Shown here: piece by piece, positions 63,920 to 64,000 of the stretch
How positions within the stretch are numbered: the stretch's first letter is position 1
How the letters are laid out: each line of letters begins with the position of its first letter
Assembly (NCBI GenBank): GCA_049415445.1
Contig: JBMSGH010000014.1
Span: 6,603 to 70,602 of the forward strand
From: Bacteriovoracaceae bacterium
GTDB lineage: Bacteria > Bdellovibrionota > Bacteriovoracia > Bacteriovoracales > Bacteriovoracaceae
Reading direction: 5' to 3'
DNA: 64,000 bases
The notes under the pieces: generated by a model
Told to the model about the DNA's origin: nothing
Databases searched by the model: none
What the model saw: the letters and a program-made list of their open reading frames with translations, nothing else
Program-made: the position numbers and the translations under genes

Positions 63920-64000
63920 TTTATCACGCTCTTTTTTGTCTCGAAGCTAGGCAACAATTGGCTTCTTTGAAATTCGTAAAATCAGTAACTTATAGAGGTA

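Overview
This is a visibly AT-rich, gene-dense window of about 70 protein genes plus 3 RNA genes, with roughly nine tenths of it coding. It reads as ordinary bacterial chromosome rather than a mobile island: I saw no integrase, transposase, IS ends, phage genes or CRISPR array.

Recognisable housekeeping content:
- nadB (3' fragment), mutY, RNase P RNA (rnpB, minus strand, missed by the ORF track) and a TolC-like/RND efflux pair.
- An aroC-aroB-aroA operon, tRNA-Met(CAT), dapF, tlyA, a LOG-family gene, cytochrome c and a gamma-carbonic-anhydrase-like gene.
- phnDCE, glutathione peroxidase, tRNA-His, an RluA-type pseudouridine synthase and prkA.
- A rhodanese-nadA-cysteine desulfurase operon, parA/parB, pfkA, gpmI and an acyl-CoA dehydrogenase.
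- Type II homoserine kinase, ahcY, rpiB, a polyprenol-phosphate mannose synthase and a DCC-family protein.

The many signal-peptide, Cys-rich and beta-barrel-like hypothetical proteins, together with a 62-66 aa histone-fold gene, suggest a Bdellovibrio-and-like (Bacteriovorax/Halobacteriovorax-type) predatory bacterium. That is inference only; I could not run a search.

Most interesting observations:
1. A zero-spacer operon encodes an exported peptide, a stand-alone globin and a 730-aa metallo-beta-lactamase protein with two CAP/cNMP-type domains (16.3-19.2 kb).
2. There is a bacterial histone-fold gene (25.05-25.25 kb).
3. A receiver + DHp-only protein sits divergent from an Hpt-antiporter pair, and a sensor-less REC-histidine kinase paralogue lies 7 kb away.
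4. A TolC/RND pair lacks the periplasmic adaptor gene.
5. An XRE regulator has a fourfold AATTGCA operator-like array and sits between a pentapeptide-repeat gene and a secreted vWA-like gene.
6. parAB has a tandem repeat upstream and a palindrome-rich spacer downstream, followed by three exported proteins.
7. An isolated PD-(D/E)xK-like gene lies between core metabolic genes.
8. A membrane-anchor-encoding stretch sits in frame upstream of the first canonical start of an FGE-like gene.

All family calls rest on motif recognition by eye, and several start codons were re-assigned from the ORF track on the basis of Shine-Dalgarno (SD) or signal-peptide logic.
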